A DNA stretch of 64,000 nt from Vicinamibacterales bacterium (GTDB lineage: Bacteria; Acidobacteriota; Vicinamibacteria; Vicinamibacterales; UBA2999): positions 2,823 through 66,822 of the forward strand of contig DATNCQ010000037.1 of assembly GCA_035571515.1 (NCBI GenBank). The letters run 5' to 3'. Under the pieces are notes generated by a model that worked only from the letters and a program-made list of their open reading frames with translations, made no database searches and was not told the origin of the DNA. Below are positions 54,171-63,263 of the stretch, piece after piece. Made by a program: the position numbers and the translations under genes. Every line of letters begins with the position of its first letter. Within the stretch, counting starts at the first letter, position 1.

Positions 54171-55199
54171 TCAGCTCCGCGCGCCAAAGAAGACGAACCG
54201 GCGGCGGCGGACACCGGCCTGGATGGCGCTCTCGACCGAAGGAGACAGGTCGACCGCCGGCGGGCGCTGCGGGGGCACCGCGCGTAGCGGCACCGGCGCG
54301 GGCGCCTGGTGTTGCGCCGCCGTGGCGCGCGGCGCGCCGTCAGCGGGCGCGGCGTCGAACGAGTCGAAGCGCGGCTCGGCCGCTGCCGCGGCGTTGAGGT
54401 CGAAATCGCGCACCACCTCGAGCACGATGTCGCGATCGACCTGCTTGCGTCCGAGCGCGAAGGTGCTGAGGAGCGCGTTGTCGCAGATCACGTTGATCGT
54501 GCGCGGAATGCCGCGCGCGTGCTCGTGCACCGCCATCACCGATTCGCGCGTGAACAGCCGCGTCGTGCCGCCGGCCGTTTCGAGCCGGCTGACGATGTAG
54601 GCTGCCGTCTCCGCCAGATCGAACGCGGCGAGCTCGCAGCGGAGCGCGACGCGCTGTTTCAGCTGCCGCAGCTCCGGTTCGTTCAGCCGCGCCGCGAACT
54701 CCGGCTGGCCCGCGAGGATCACGACGAGCAGCTTTTCTTCCGTCGTCTCGATGTTGGCGAGCAGCCGGATCTCCTCGAGCAGCGCGTGGTCGATGCTCTG
54801 CGCCTCGTCGACCACGAGCGCGGAGATCTGTCCCTGCGCTCGGCGCTCGCGCAGCGCGCGCTCGAACAGGTCGAGAAAGACCGCCTTCGAGCTGCTGGCT
54901 CTGGGGCCGAGCTCGAACTGCATCGCCAGCGTCCGGACGAAGTCTTCGCGCGTCAGCAGCGGATTGTTCAGGTACACCCACTTGACGGGGGATCCCGCGT
55001 CCTGCGACAGCGCCGTGCGCAACAGCGTCGTCTTGCCGGTGCCGGCCTCGCCGATCATCACGGCGAGCGATTTCCGCGCGCTGATCGCGTAGCGCACGTT
55101 GCTGAGCGCCTCGCGGTGCCGCGGCGTCAGGAACAGGAACTTCGGATTCGGCGTCAGTTCGAACGGCGATTCGCGCAGGCCGTAGTAGCGCTGATACAT
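54171..55199 (-). CDS. ExeA/GspA-like AAA ATPase (PEP-CTERM-locus secretion ATPase type)
   Basis: ATG 55199 (MYQRYYGLRESPFELTPNPKFLFLTPRHREAL). Walker A GEAGTGKTTLLR and Walker B ALVVDEAQ. Confidence 0.85.
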   Translation of the reverse strand: MYQRYYGLRESPFELTPNPKFLFLTPRHREALSNVRYAISARKSLAVMIGEAGTGKTTLLRTALSQDAGSPVKWVYLNNPLLTREDFVRTLAMQFELGPRASSSKAVFLDLFERALRERRAQGQISALVVDEAQSIDHALLEEIRLLANIETTEEKLLVVILAGQPEFAARLNEPELRQLKQRVALRCELAAFDLAETAAYIVSRLETAGGTTRLFTRESVMAVHEHARGIPRTINVICDNALLSTFALGRKQVDRDIVLEVVRDFDLNAAAAAEPRFDSFDAAPADGAPRATAAQHQAPAPVPLRAVPPQRPPAVDLSPSVESAIQAGVRRRRFVFFGARS

Positions 55200-55207
55200 C
55201 GAGGCCC

Positions 55208-56779
55208 CTAGATCCGCATCCGCCACAGCACGAGCACGGCGATCGATCCGAGCAGCGCCATGCCCGCGGCCAGGTTTGCCGCAATGAGCCGCCGCCGGCT
55301 TCGGCGGCGTTCTCCGTCCGAGATCACCCGTGGAATGATCGCGAGCACCGGCAGTTCCAGGAGCCGGACGACGTCGGCTTCGCGCTTCAGGCTGGAGTCA
55401 CGGTATTCGAGCCAGCCGACCACCAGGAAACCGAGCACGAGGCCGATAATCGCACCCGAGGCGATGATGCCCATCCGCTTGGCCTCGTTGTACGGCCGTC
55501 CCGGCAGCGATGCCGGGTCGAGAATCCTGAACTGCTCGCCAATCTGCCGCCGCTCGAGATTGGCCGCAATCTTCGAGTCCTCGCGCTTGGCGAGCAGGCT
55601 GGTGTAGGCGGTGTCGAGCGTCTTGTAGTCGCGGGTCAACTCCACCAGCTCGGACTCGCGCGTGGGCACGACGTCCACCTTGGCCTGGTAGCCGGCGATC
55701 GCCTGCTTGAGGCGCGTCTCCTCGGCCTGGTTGACCGCCAACTGGTGGTCGATCACCTCGAGCTCGTCCTGCAGGTCGCGCAGCCGCTTCTGCCGCGCCA
55801 GCTCCGCGGGGGATGCCGGTTTTTCAACCGGCGCCGCCGGCGGACGGTTGGCTTCTTCGGCCTTGACCCGCGCCTGTAAATCTTTAACCTGACGCTCGAG
55901 CGCCCGGCGATCCGGGTGGTCGGGCGTGTAGCGCAGCTGGAACGCCTTGAGCTGCGCCTGCGCGGCCTCGAGCTGCTGCGCGGTCGACGCCGGCGCGTTC
56001 GCCTCGCGTTCGGGCGCGGCCGCGGGGACCGGCACCGGATCGGGCGGTGTCGACTGCACGTCGGCGATCTGGCGCTCGATGAGGAGCCGCCGATCCTGGA
56101 TGCGATTGGTCGAATCGGTGAGGCCTTGCAGCTGCTGCTGCGCGTTGCGGATGGTCGTGAGATTTGTCTCGAGCTGCGACGGCAGCTCGCCGGCGTAGCG
56201 CCGGCGATAGGCTTCGAGCTTCTTTTCGTGCTCGACGAGCCGTTCCTTCGCGTCGTTGAGCTGCGACTCGAGGAACAGGTTCGTTTCGTCCGCCAGGTTG
56301 GCGCGGTCGCGCAGGTTCTCCTCGATGTAGAGCGACGCCACCCGCGCGGTCACCTTCTGGGCGGTCTGCGGATCGCTGCTCACGTACTTCACGCGGAACG
56401 AATCCTGCCCTTCGACCTGCACGGCGATGTCGCCGCGCAGCCGCCCGACCACATCCTCCATGATCCCGTGCGCGCGCTGGTCCGGGTAGAGGTTGAAGTC
56501 CATGATGATGCGCTCGAGCCGCGAGCGGCTCAGGATCAGGTTGCTGATCGACGGCAGCCGGTCCTCCATCTTCGCGGTGACCGTCGACTTCACGTAGCTG
56601 TCGGGCACCCGTTGAGGGATGACCATGATCAGCGTTTCCGATCGATACAGCTCCGGGACGGCCTTCGCGATCAGCGGCGCCCCCGCGAGGCCGACGGCGA
56701 ACGGCAGCACCACGAGCCAGCCGCGCCGGAGGACGATTCGAATCAGCTCTGCGATGGTGAACGTTCGGCCTGGAACCAC
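55208..56779 (-). CDS. Polysaccharide chain-length determinant (Wzz/GumC-like, PEP-CTERM-locus type)
   Basis: N-terminal TM plus RSETLIMVIPQRVPDSYV, a long coiled-coil region and C-terminal TM GIIASGAIIGLVLGFLVVGWLEY. Confidence 0.85.
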   Translation of the reverse strand: MVPGRTFTIAELIRIVLRRGWLVVLPFAVGLAGAPLIAKAVPELYRSETLIMVIPQRVPDSYVKSTVTAKMEDRLPSISNLILSRSRLERIIMDFNLYPDQRAHGIMEDVVGRLRGDIAVQVEGQDSFRVKYVSSDPQTAQKVTARVASLYIEENLRDRANLADETNLFLESQLNDAKERLVEHEKKLEAYRRRYAGELPSQLETNLTTIRNAQQQLQGLTDSTNRIQDRRLLIERQIADVQSTPPDPVPVPAAAPEREANAPASTAQQLEAAQAQLKAFQLRYTPDHPDRRALERQVKDLQARVKAEEANRPPAAPVEKPASPAELARQKRLRDLQDELEVIDHQLAVNQAEETRLKQAIAGYQAKVDVVPTRESELVELTRDYKTLDTAYTSLLAKREDSKIAANLERRQIGEQFRILDPASLPGRPYNEAKRMGIIASGAIIGLVLGFLVVGWLEYRDSSLKREADVVRLLELPVLAIIPRVISDGERRRSRRRLIAANLAAGMALLGSIAVLVLWRMRI

Positions 56780-56792
56780 GTCGGACCCTGAA

Positions 56793-58148
56793 TCAGAAGA
56801 GCGGCAGGCGCATCATCACGCCCGCGCGGACGCCCTGCCGCTCGAGCAGCATCGGGACGCCAGGCCCCAGCGGGAGCGTCCCCCTGGAGTCGTAAAAGTA
56901 CCGGAGATATTCGACGTACGCCGCGGTCGTCCGCGAGAGCGCGCAGCGCAGCCGGCCTTCGGCGTTGTAGGTCTCGTACGCCGACGTCGCGCTGCTGATC
57001 GCGGACTCGCCGGTCGCGTAGCCGCCCGAGAGCGAGACGTCGATGCGGCGGCTCACGAGGCCCTCGATCGTGGTCGTGAGGCTCTTTCCGGAAATCGGCT
57101 CGCTCAATCCCGGCACGTAATCGACGCTCTGCCGGTAGGCGCTTCGCAGCCGCCACGTGCGCGTGAGCTCGAGGCCCGCCGACAGGTCGGTGGAGAACGG
57201 ATTGTCCCGGCGGGCCCGCGCGCCCGCGCCCGGGATCAGCTCGGGCACCACCATCGACGATGCTCCGACGCGCGCGCCCAACGTCACGTGCCGCGTGCGG
57301 GATAGCGGATGACGGTAATCAAGCGCCAGCTCCGCCCGGTGCTCCGGCATCCGCCACGGCAGCAGCCGCGGGTCGGAATCCTTCATTTCGCCGACGCGGA
57401 AGGCGTACATCGCCGTGGTGGTCACGCTGCGGCCGATGCGATGGGCCACCTGGCCGCGCGCGCCGTAGGTGTTCAACTGGCGGTGAACGTCGGGCGTGCC
57501 GGTCGTGTCGGTGCGCCGCCAGTCGACGCCGACCGCCACCGCGCTGCGGCGCGACAGGCCGTGCGACAGCGTCGCCGTCGTGCCGTAGGTGAGCGAATTG
57601 AAGTCGCTGACCGCGACGTCGCGCGAGGCGGCGGGTGTGAACGTCTCGCCCTCCTGCGGAACGGGGAGTACCAGCGCGTACAACGGCGAGCCCGAGTACG
57701 CGCCCGTCGCGTTGATCTGCAGCGCCGTTCTCGCCGAGTGCACGGACAGATCGACGCCACCCGTGTGACCGAGGCTCCGGAAGTACGCGGGGACGACGTG
57801 GTCGTCGGGGCGGAAGTAGCGCTGCGCGGAGCTGCCGGTCGCGCGCGCCGTGACCGAGTGCCCCTGGAACGAATAATCGAGGCCGCTCTGCAGCAGCGTC
57901 GAGTAACCCGTCGGATCCTGGCCGTTGACGCCGATGCTGGAAGGGTCGGCGGCGGAGTTCACGTCGTAGCCGCCGGTTGACGCCACCGAGACGTCGAGCC
58001 GCTGCCGCGCGTTGGGATCGGTTGCCGCGCCGCGCATGAGCCCGCCTTGAGGCTGCAGGCCGACCGCCTGCGCGAATGCGCCGGGCAGCGACGCCGCAAT
58101 CATCACGGGGACCGCGACGACGACACGCCGGATGGAACGGGGATTCAC
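56793..58148 (-). CDS. Outer-membrane beta-barrel protein (PEP-CTERM-locus associated)
   Basis: Signal peptide VPVMIAASLPGAFAQA, alternating-hydrophobicity strands rich in Y/G/T/S and a C-terminal ..VMMRLPLF. Confidence 0.7.
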   Translation of the reverse strand: MNPRSIRRVVVAVPVMIAASLPGAFAQAVGLQPQGGLMRGAATDPNARQRLDVSVASTGGYDVNSAADPSSIGVNGQDPTGYSTLLQSGLDYSFQGHSVTARATGSSAQRYFRPDDHVVPAYFRSLGHTGGVDLSVHSARTALQINATGAYSGSPLYALVLPVPQEGETFTPAASRDVAVSDFNSLTYGTTATLSHGLSRRSAVAVGVDWRRTDTTGTPDVHRQLNTYGARGQVAHRIGRSVTTTAMYAFRVGEMKDSDPRLLPWRMPEHRAELALDYRHPLSRTRHVTLGARVGASSMVVPELIPGAGARARRDNPFSTDLSAGLELTRTWRLRSAYRQSVDYVPGLSEPISGKSLTTTIEGLVSRRIDVSLSGGYATGESAISSATSAYETYNAEGRLRCALSRTTAAYVEYLRYFYDSRGTLPLGPGVPMLLERQGVRAGVMMRLPLF

Positions 58149-58167
58149 GCGCGGGTACCGGCCACGC

Positions 58168-58815
58168 CTAGGGAACCACCACGGTATCGCCCGGGCGGAG
58201 AATGATGTTCTGCCGGACGTTCTTGCCTTTCAGCACGTCGTCGTAGTTGAACCGGAAGCGCATCTCCTGCCTGTCCTGCGTGCGCGTGATCACGATGTTC
58301 TTCCGGTCCGCGTACTCGAGCAGACCGCCGCCGACGGCGATGAGTTGCAGGACGTTCATGTCGCCGGTGAGCGGCACCATGCCGGGCGTGGCAACCTGGC
58401 CGACGAGGAACACACGCCGGCTGTGGATTTCCTTGACGATCACCGCGACGTCGGGTTCGTCGACGAACTTGACCGCCGCTCGCGCCAGGGTGTGCGCCAG
58501 TTCCTCGGGAGTGGAACCAGACGCCTGCACGTCGTTGAGGAGCGGCAGCGAGATCTTGCCGTCCGGGCGCACGACCACGTCGCCGGACAACGCCTGTTCG
58601 CGCCAGAACGCGATTGCCAGCACGTCGCCGATGCCGATGACGTACTTCGCGGGCAGCGGCACGCCGACGACCGTGTTCACGGCCGTCGCCGAGGGTCGAT
58701 TGGCTGCCGGTCCGGACTGGGCCTGCGCGCCGGCCTGCACCTGCGCGCTTGCAGAGCCCTGCACACCGAGGCAGAGAACAGCCACACACGCCGCGCGGAA
58801 AAAGACTCGTTCCAT
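58168..58815 (-). CDS. Polysaccharide export protein (Wza-like, Poly_export + SLBB)
   Basis: Signal peptide AVLCLGVQGSASAQ. YVIGIGDVLAIAFW..VVVRPDGKISLPLLNDVQASGSTPEEL and VFLVGQVATPGMVPL. Confidence 0.85.
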   Translation of the reverse strand: MERVFFRAACVAVLCLGVQGSASAQVQAGAQAQSGPAANRPSATAVNTVVGVPLPAKYVIGIGDVLAIAFWREQALSGDVVVRPDGKISLPLLNDVQASGSTPEELAHTLARAAVKFVDEPDVAVIVKEIHSRRVFLVGQVATPGMVPLTGDMNVLQLIAVGGGLLEYADRKNIVITRTQDRQEMRFRFNYDDVLKGKNVRQNIILRPGDTVVVP

Positions 58816-58862
58816 AACCTGAAATCTCGTGAACAGTGTTGTGGGGACGCACCCCCCCGTTG

Positions 58863-58878
58863 TGCAAGGTCACCGCCA
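58863..58878 (-). promoter_or_regulatory. Sigma-54 promoter of the export operon
   Basis: The minus strand reads TGGCGGTGACCTTGCA (TGGC..-N-TTGCA with GG-N10-GC). The -12 element lies about 48 nt upstream of ATG 58815, at the start of a 430-nt intergenic region. Confidence 0.6.
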
Positions 58879-59104
58879 GATTCGAGACGCGTCGCCCGGG
58901 CGTTGTAAGTCCACCATTCCAAACCGGTTATGGAGGTGGTGCGACTCCGGGCGCGGAAGCGTGGGGCCTTGCGGCGCCTCCGGAACGCGCCTATGTCCTG
59001 CGCGGCGGATGAACAAAGTCTGCCTGTGGGAGGTTTAATGGGCGCCCGGCGACAGAATTACGAACGCCGCGGGCCTGCGACGGGGTGGGGGTGCTTCACA
59101 GCCC

Positions 59105-59138
59105 GTGGAGCAGGTCCCTCAGGGAGAGACCGCTCCAC
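59105..59138 (-). terminator. Possible terminator after the exosortase gene
   Basis: GTGGAGC-N20-GCTCCAC with additional inner pairing (GGTC/GACC), about 110 nt past the stop at 59247. There is no U-tract. Confidence 0.35.
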
Positions 59139-59246
59139 GCAAGCGCGGTAGCCAGAACCGCTGCAATCAGCAGCGCCGCACGGAACCAGAGGCCTGGTGG
59201 ACGACTCGGAGGCATGCCAGTCCTCTTGCAAACTTCGGGACCGGCG

Positions 59247-60809
59247 CTACGACGGAAGATGCCGGCCGAGGACCGGGATCAGCGCTTCGGCGAACGCGAC
59301 CGCCGCCGACTTCGCCGAAGCCGGCGAGGTCCCCGCATCGCTGGACCATGCAATCATGACCACCGCGCCGTTGGTGCGATGGCGCGTGACGGCGTCGACG
59401 ATCGTGTAGCCCTTGGCCCGATAGATGTCGGGGACGATGCGGCCGTTGATGACATACCAGAAGATCACGCCGCGCGACCCGCCAGCCCCTTCGCGGACGA
59501 CCTCGCTGACGTCGTAGGCTTCAGACCCGGTGTGCAGCGTGAGGGGCGATGCGGCGAGCCGCAGCGCCTCGCTCGCCTCGCCGGAGAGCTCCTTCCCCTG
59601 CGACTGCCGGTTGTAATAGCCGACATACAGCTGCACGTGCGACTGCGACAGGTTCCGGTAGGAGCGCACGAGCTCCTCGTCGGCGTCCGCGAACCGGCGC
59701 TGACCGTCCGCAGTCGGATAGCCGCCGACCAGCGCGTCGTCGAGAGCCGGCAATGGAACCGCCGCGATCGGTGCAAGCACGTCCAGCGTCCAGTCGCCGA
59801 CGCGGTTGTCGAGCGTCGCGAGGCCGTTGCTCAACTTCACTTCCGACTGCGTAGCGGACAGCCGAATGGCTCCGCCCAGCAGCAGCGTGCAGATCAGCGC
59901 AGCGTCGATCGCAAGGCGCCGGCGAACGGAGGCGGAGACGGCTGCCGGGCGCGCGTCGCCCCCGCCGGTGTCAGGCGAAGGCCGTGAGAGGACGGAGAAA
60001 AAGGCGCCGATGAGCAGGTACCCGAGCGAGGACACGCCAAGGCCCTCGAGCAGGTGATACGAGCTGTTCGGGTCCCCGTCGCCGAGCCCCTTCAGCGCCA
60101 GCCATCCGACCAGCGCGATGCGCATCCCGTTGCCAAGGTAGCTGACGACCACCGAAAACACGATGAGGGCGATGCGCCGCCCCGTCGAGTCGAGCCACAC
60201 GTAGGCGGCCGGCACGACCATCGCGGTCAGCGCGATCAGCTGATTCACGCCGCTGCACTCACGCAGCACGGCCAGGGTCCGCGATGACAGCACGATGTCG
60301 GTGCTCTGCAGCAGCGCCGGGATGCCGGCCAGGTGCAGCATCGACGCGGCGATCCGCGCCGAGAGCAGCCGGCTCGGCTCCTGCAGCCGGTCGATCGGAT
60401 AACTCCAGATCGGCACCATCAGCAGCAGGTAGGCGAGCGTGAACCAATGGGTCCGCACGGCGTCGCGTCCGGCGACGATCAGCACGACGCCGGTCAGCGT
60501 GACCACGAACGATGCCTGCTCGATGCTGAGGAGGCCTCCGAGACGGCCGCCGACGAGCAGCGCGATGCCGACGAGGGTCACCGGCACGCCGAGCATGTAG
60601 TCCGGCGATCCGAGCGCGATCGGACGGCGCCGCGCGGTGGTCCACGCGACGTACGCGGCCACGAAAGGGACCGCGAATCCGTACGAGTACAGGTAATTCG
60701 TCGACCAGACCGTCATGAGGGACGCCAGCACGCCTCCATAGCAGAGGAGGAGTGCGGCGACGCCGACAACGGCGGCGACGAGCATGCGGGGAGATGCGTT
60801 CAGCGTCAT
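59247..60809 (-). CDS. Exosortase (XrtA-like) fused to an EpsI-family domain
   Basis: ORF 59247..61154, ATG 60809. Polytopic N-terminus with the conserved LRECSGVNQL Cys motif. C-terminal soluble domain VQLYVGYYNRQSQGKELS..FWYVINGRIVPDIYRAKGY is EpsI-like. Confidence 0.85.
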   Translation of the reverse strand: MTLNASPRMLVAAVVGVAALLLCYGGVLASLMTVWSTNYLYSYGFAVPFVAAYVAWTTARRRPIALGSPDYMLGVPVTLVGIALLVGGRLGGLLSIEQASFVVTLTGVVLIVAGRDAVRTHWFTLAYLLLMVPIWSYPIDRLQEPSRLLSARIAASMLHLAGIPALLQSTDIVLSSRTLAVLRECSGVNQLIALTAMVVPAAYVWLDSTGRRIALIVFSVVVSYLGNGMRIALVGWLALKGLGDGDPNSSYHLLEGLGVSSLGYLLIGAFFSVLSRPSPDTGGGDARPAAVSASVRRRLAIDAALICTLLLGGAIRLSATQSEVKLSNGLATLDNRVGDWTLDVLAPIAAVPLPALDDALVGGYPTADGQRRFADADEELVRSYRNLSQSHVQLYVGYYNRQSQGKELSGEASEALRLAASPLTLHTGSEAYDVSEVVREGAGGSRGVIFWYVINGRIVPDIYRAKGYTIVDAVTRHRTNGAVVMIAWSSDAGTSPASAKSAAVAFAEALIPVLGRHLPS

Positions 60810-60826
60810 TGTCTGTCTCGCGGGCC

Positions 60827-63109
60827 TCAGAGGCCCGCGAGCACCTTGGAGGCGTCGGCCGCCCCGTCGAACTTGGAGCCGAGTTTCAGCGCGGCCTGCA
60901 GGATGGTCTTCGCCCGCGCCGAGTCGCCATTTTTCGCGTAGGCGAGCCCCAGGTGATATTGGAACGACGGGTTCTTCGGTTCGCGGTCGACCGCGCGCTG
61001 CAGCGTGCTGATCGACAGCCCGTACAGCTCCTTCTTCAAGTAGATCCATCCGAGCGTATCGGCGGCCTCGGCGGAATCGGGCATCGTCGCCTGCGCCGTC
61101 TGCGCGAGCTGGAGCGCGACGTCGAGGTTGCCGCCGTTCTCGGCGTAGATCCACGCCAGGTTGTTGGCGGCGATCGAAGACTTCGGATCGATCGCCAGGA
61201 CCTGCTCGAACGCCTGCTTCGCGTCGTTGGTGCGGTTCTGCAGCTCGTAGATCAGCCCGACCATCGTCAGCGAGGTGAGTGGCCTCGTCTCGCGCGTCAC
61301 CCGCCGTTCGAATTCGCGCCGCGCGTCGTCCAGGCGTTTCTGCTGGAGGTATGTCTGGCCGAGGAACGAGTACGCGTCGAGCGTATTCGGATCGGCGTCG
61401 ATGGCGCGGCTCAGCAGCTTCTCGGCCTCGTCGAACTTTCCGACCATCAGGTTCGTGCGGCCCGCGAGCGTCAGCAGCCCCGCGTTGGCCGGCGCCTTGG
61501 CGACGAAATCACCCAGACGCGCGAGCGCTTCGTCCCTGCGTCCGGCGGCGAGGTCCTGTGCGACGAGGCCCGAGATGGCGTCGATCTGCAGGGCGTCGAG
61601 CTTCAACGCCCGCTGGAATTCGGCGGTCGCCTTTGCCGGTATCTTCTTCGCCAGGTTGAGCCAGCCGAGTTGCGCGTGCCCGATGGCCGAATCGGGAACG
61701 GCCTCGAGGACGTCCTTGAGAATCGTTTCCGCCTGCAGCAGATCGCCGCGCGCGATGAGGCCGCGCGCGAGCAGAATCCGCGCGTCGAGCCGGCGCGGGT
61801 CGCTCGCCACCGCCGAGCCCGCCAGCGTCACCGCGGTGTCAGTCGCGCCGGTCTGCAGGTGCAGCTTCGAGAGCTCGACCTGCGCGCCCGCGGCGCGCGG
61901 ATTGAGCTTCATGACCTCGTTGAACGATTCCTTGGCCTCGTCCCACCGGGCCATCGCCGCGAGCACCTTGCCGCGCGCGAAGTACGCCGGCGCGGATGAG
62001 GGGTCGGCCTTGATGGCGCCGTTGGTCCGTTCGAGCGCCGCGTCGTAGTGCTTGCCGTCGAACAGCATGCTCGCTTTGACGAGCAGCGCGTCCACCTGCT
62101 GGGGCTTCTCTTTCAGGATCGCGTCGATGGCGGTTCCCGCGGCGTCTGCGCGTCCGGCGGAGTAGTCGAGGGTCGCGAGACGGACCTTCGCGGTCGTGCC
62201 GACCTCTTTGTCGCCGACCAGCTTCTTCAGCACCTCCGCGGCCTCGGGCAGCCGCGACGCCCCCAGATAGTACTCCGCGAGTGCAAGATGGGCACGGCTC
62301 GAGCCGTCCGCCTCCACCGCCGCCTGGAAGTACTTCTCGGCCTTCTCCGGCCGGTTCGTCGCCTGGTAGAACGCCGACGCAAAGCGATTGACGACGATGT
62401 CGCGCGGCGCGAGCTCGAGGGCGCGCTGCATGTGCGTCTCTGCCTCCGGGGCGCGCGAGGTCAGCCAGTAGAACTGCGCCAGGGCCAGCTGCGAGGGCAC
62501 CGAGTTCGGCGCTTTTTCCACCGCCTGCTTGTAGGTCGCTTCGGCGTCCTTGAGCTTGCCGGCGCCGAGCTCGAGTGTCGCCAGGTTCGTGTATGTGCCC
62601 GCGCGCGCCGGGTCGAGACGGACCGCCTCCTCGAGCTGTTCGACCGCGCCGTCGAGGTCCTTCAGACCGGCGAGCGCGTTGCCGAGCGCGATGGTCGCGC
62701 GAAGTTCGTGAGGATTGCGGTCCAGCACCTTCTTCGCCCGGTCCTGGGCGTCGGCGAACCGGCCGCTCAGGAGGAGCAGGTTCGCCGCCTGCAGTTGCGC
62801 CTCGATGTCCTCGGGCATCAGGTCGGCGGCGCGAACGGATTCCGCGAGCGCGCGCGAGCCGTCGCCGAAACGGATGTAGGCGCTGGCCAGCTTGAAGCGC
62901 GCCTCGCCGAAGTGATCGTCTTCCTGGATGGCGTTGCGGTACTGGATGATGGCGTCCGCGTACTTGCGCTGCGCCACGTACGCGTCGCCGCTCGAGAGGT
63001 ACTGCCGTTTCAACGCTTCCGAATCGTGGCTGCAGCCGGCCGCGGCGAGCACGGCGGTCAGCGCCAGAGCTGCGCTCCGGAATGTGGTGACGGGTCGATA
63101 CACTGTCAT
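60827..63109 (-). CDS. PEP-CTERM system TPR-repeat lipoprotein (PrsT-like)
   Basis: Lipobox LTAVLAAAGC, followed by about 20 TPR-like repeats (YADAIIQYRNAIQ, GRFADAQDRAKKVL and others). Confidence 0.85.
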   Translation of the reverse strand: MTVYRPVTTFRSAALALTAVLAAAGCSHDSEALKRQYLSSGDAYVAQRKYADAIIQYRNAIQEDDHFGEARFKLASAYIRFGDGSRALAESVRAADLMPEDIEAQLQAANLLLLSGRFADAQDRAKKVLDRNPHELRATIALGNALAGLKDLDGAVEQLEEAVRLDPARAGTYTNLATLELGAGKLKDAEATYKQAVEKAPNSVPSQLALAQFYWLTSRAPEAETHMQRALELAPRDIVVNRFASAFYQATNRPEKAEKYFQAAVEADGSSRAHLALAEYYLGASRLPEAAEVLKKLVGDKEVGTTAKVRLATLDYSAGRADAAGTAIDAILKEKPQQVDALLVKASMLFDGKHYDAALERTNGAIKADPSSAPAYFARGKVLAAMARWDEAKESFNEVMKLNPRAAGAQVELSKLHLQTGATDTAVTLAGSAVASDPRRLDARILLARGLIARGDLLQAETILKDVLEAVPDSAIGHAQLGWLNLAKKIPAKATAEFQRALKLDALQIDAISGLVAQDLAAGRRDEALARLGDFVAKAPANAGLLTLAGRTNLMVGKFDEAEKLLSRAIDADPNTLDAYSFLGQTYLQQKRLDDARREFERRVTRETRPLTSLTMVGLIYELQNRTNDAKQAFEQVLAIDPKSSIAANNLAWIYAENGGNLDVALQLAQTAQATMPDSAEAADTLGWIYLKKELYGLSISTLQRAVDREPKNPSFQYHLGLAYAKNGDSARAKTILQAALKLGSKFDGAADASKVLAGL

Positions 63110-63181
63110 GACCTTCCTTCTGATTCCTTCCGTCCGGATTGACTGGGATGTGCGGAGATCCGAAAGCTGCGCAAGCCGGGC

Positions 63182-63219
63182 GAGACTCGAGGCCCCCTCA
63201 TCCCGGGGGTGCGAGTCTC
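63182..63219 (-). terminator. Hairpin downstream of the second PEP-CTERM gene
   Basis: GAGACTCG..CCCCC-loop-GGGGG..CGAGTCTC is an interrupted stem 45 nt past the stop at 63264. Confidence 0.45.
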
Positions 63220-63263
63220 ACACCGGCTGGCGAGCAACTGAAGATCAGTGAGGAAACGGCGAT

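Noticed and set aside
59085-63142. Plus-strand ORFs 59085..59987, 60752..61999 and 62048..63142
   Set aside because: They are antisense to the exosortase-EpsI and PrsT genes or lie in the intergenic region. They have no protein-like composition.
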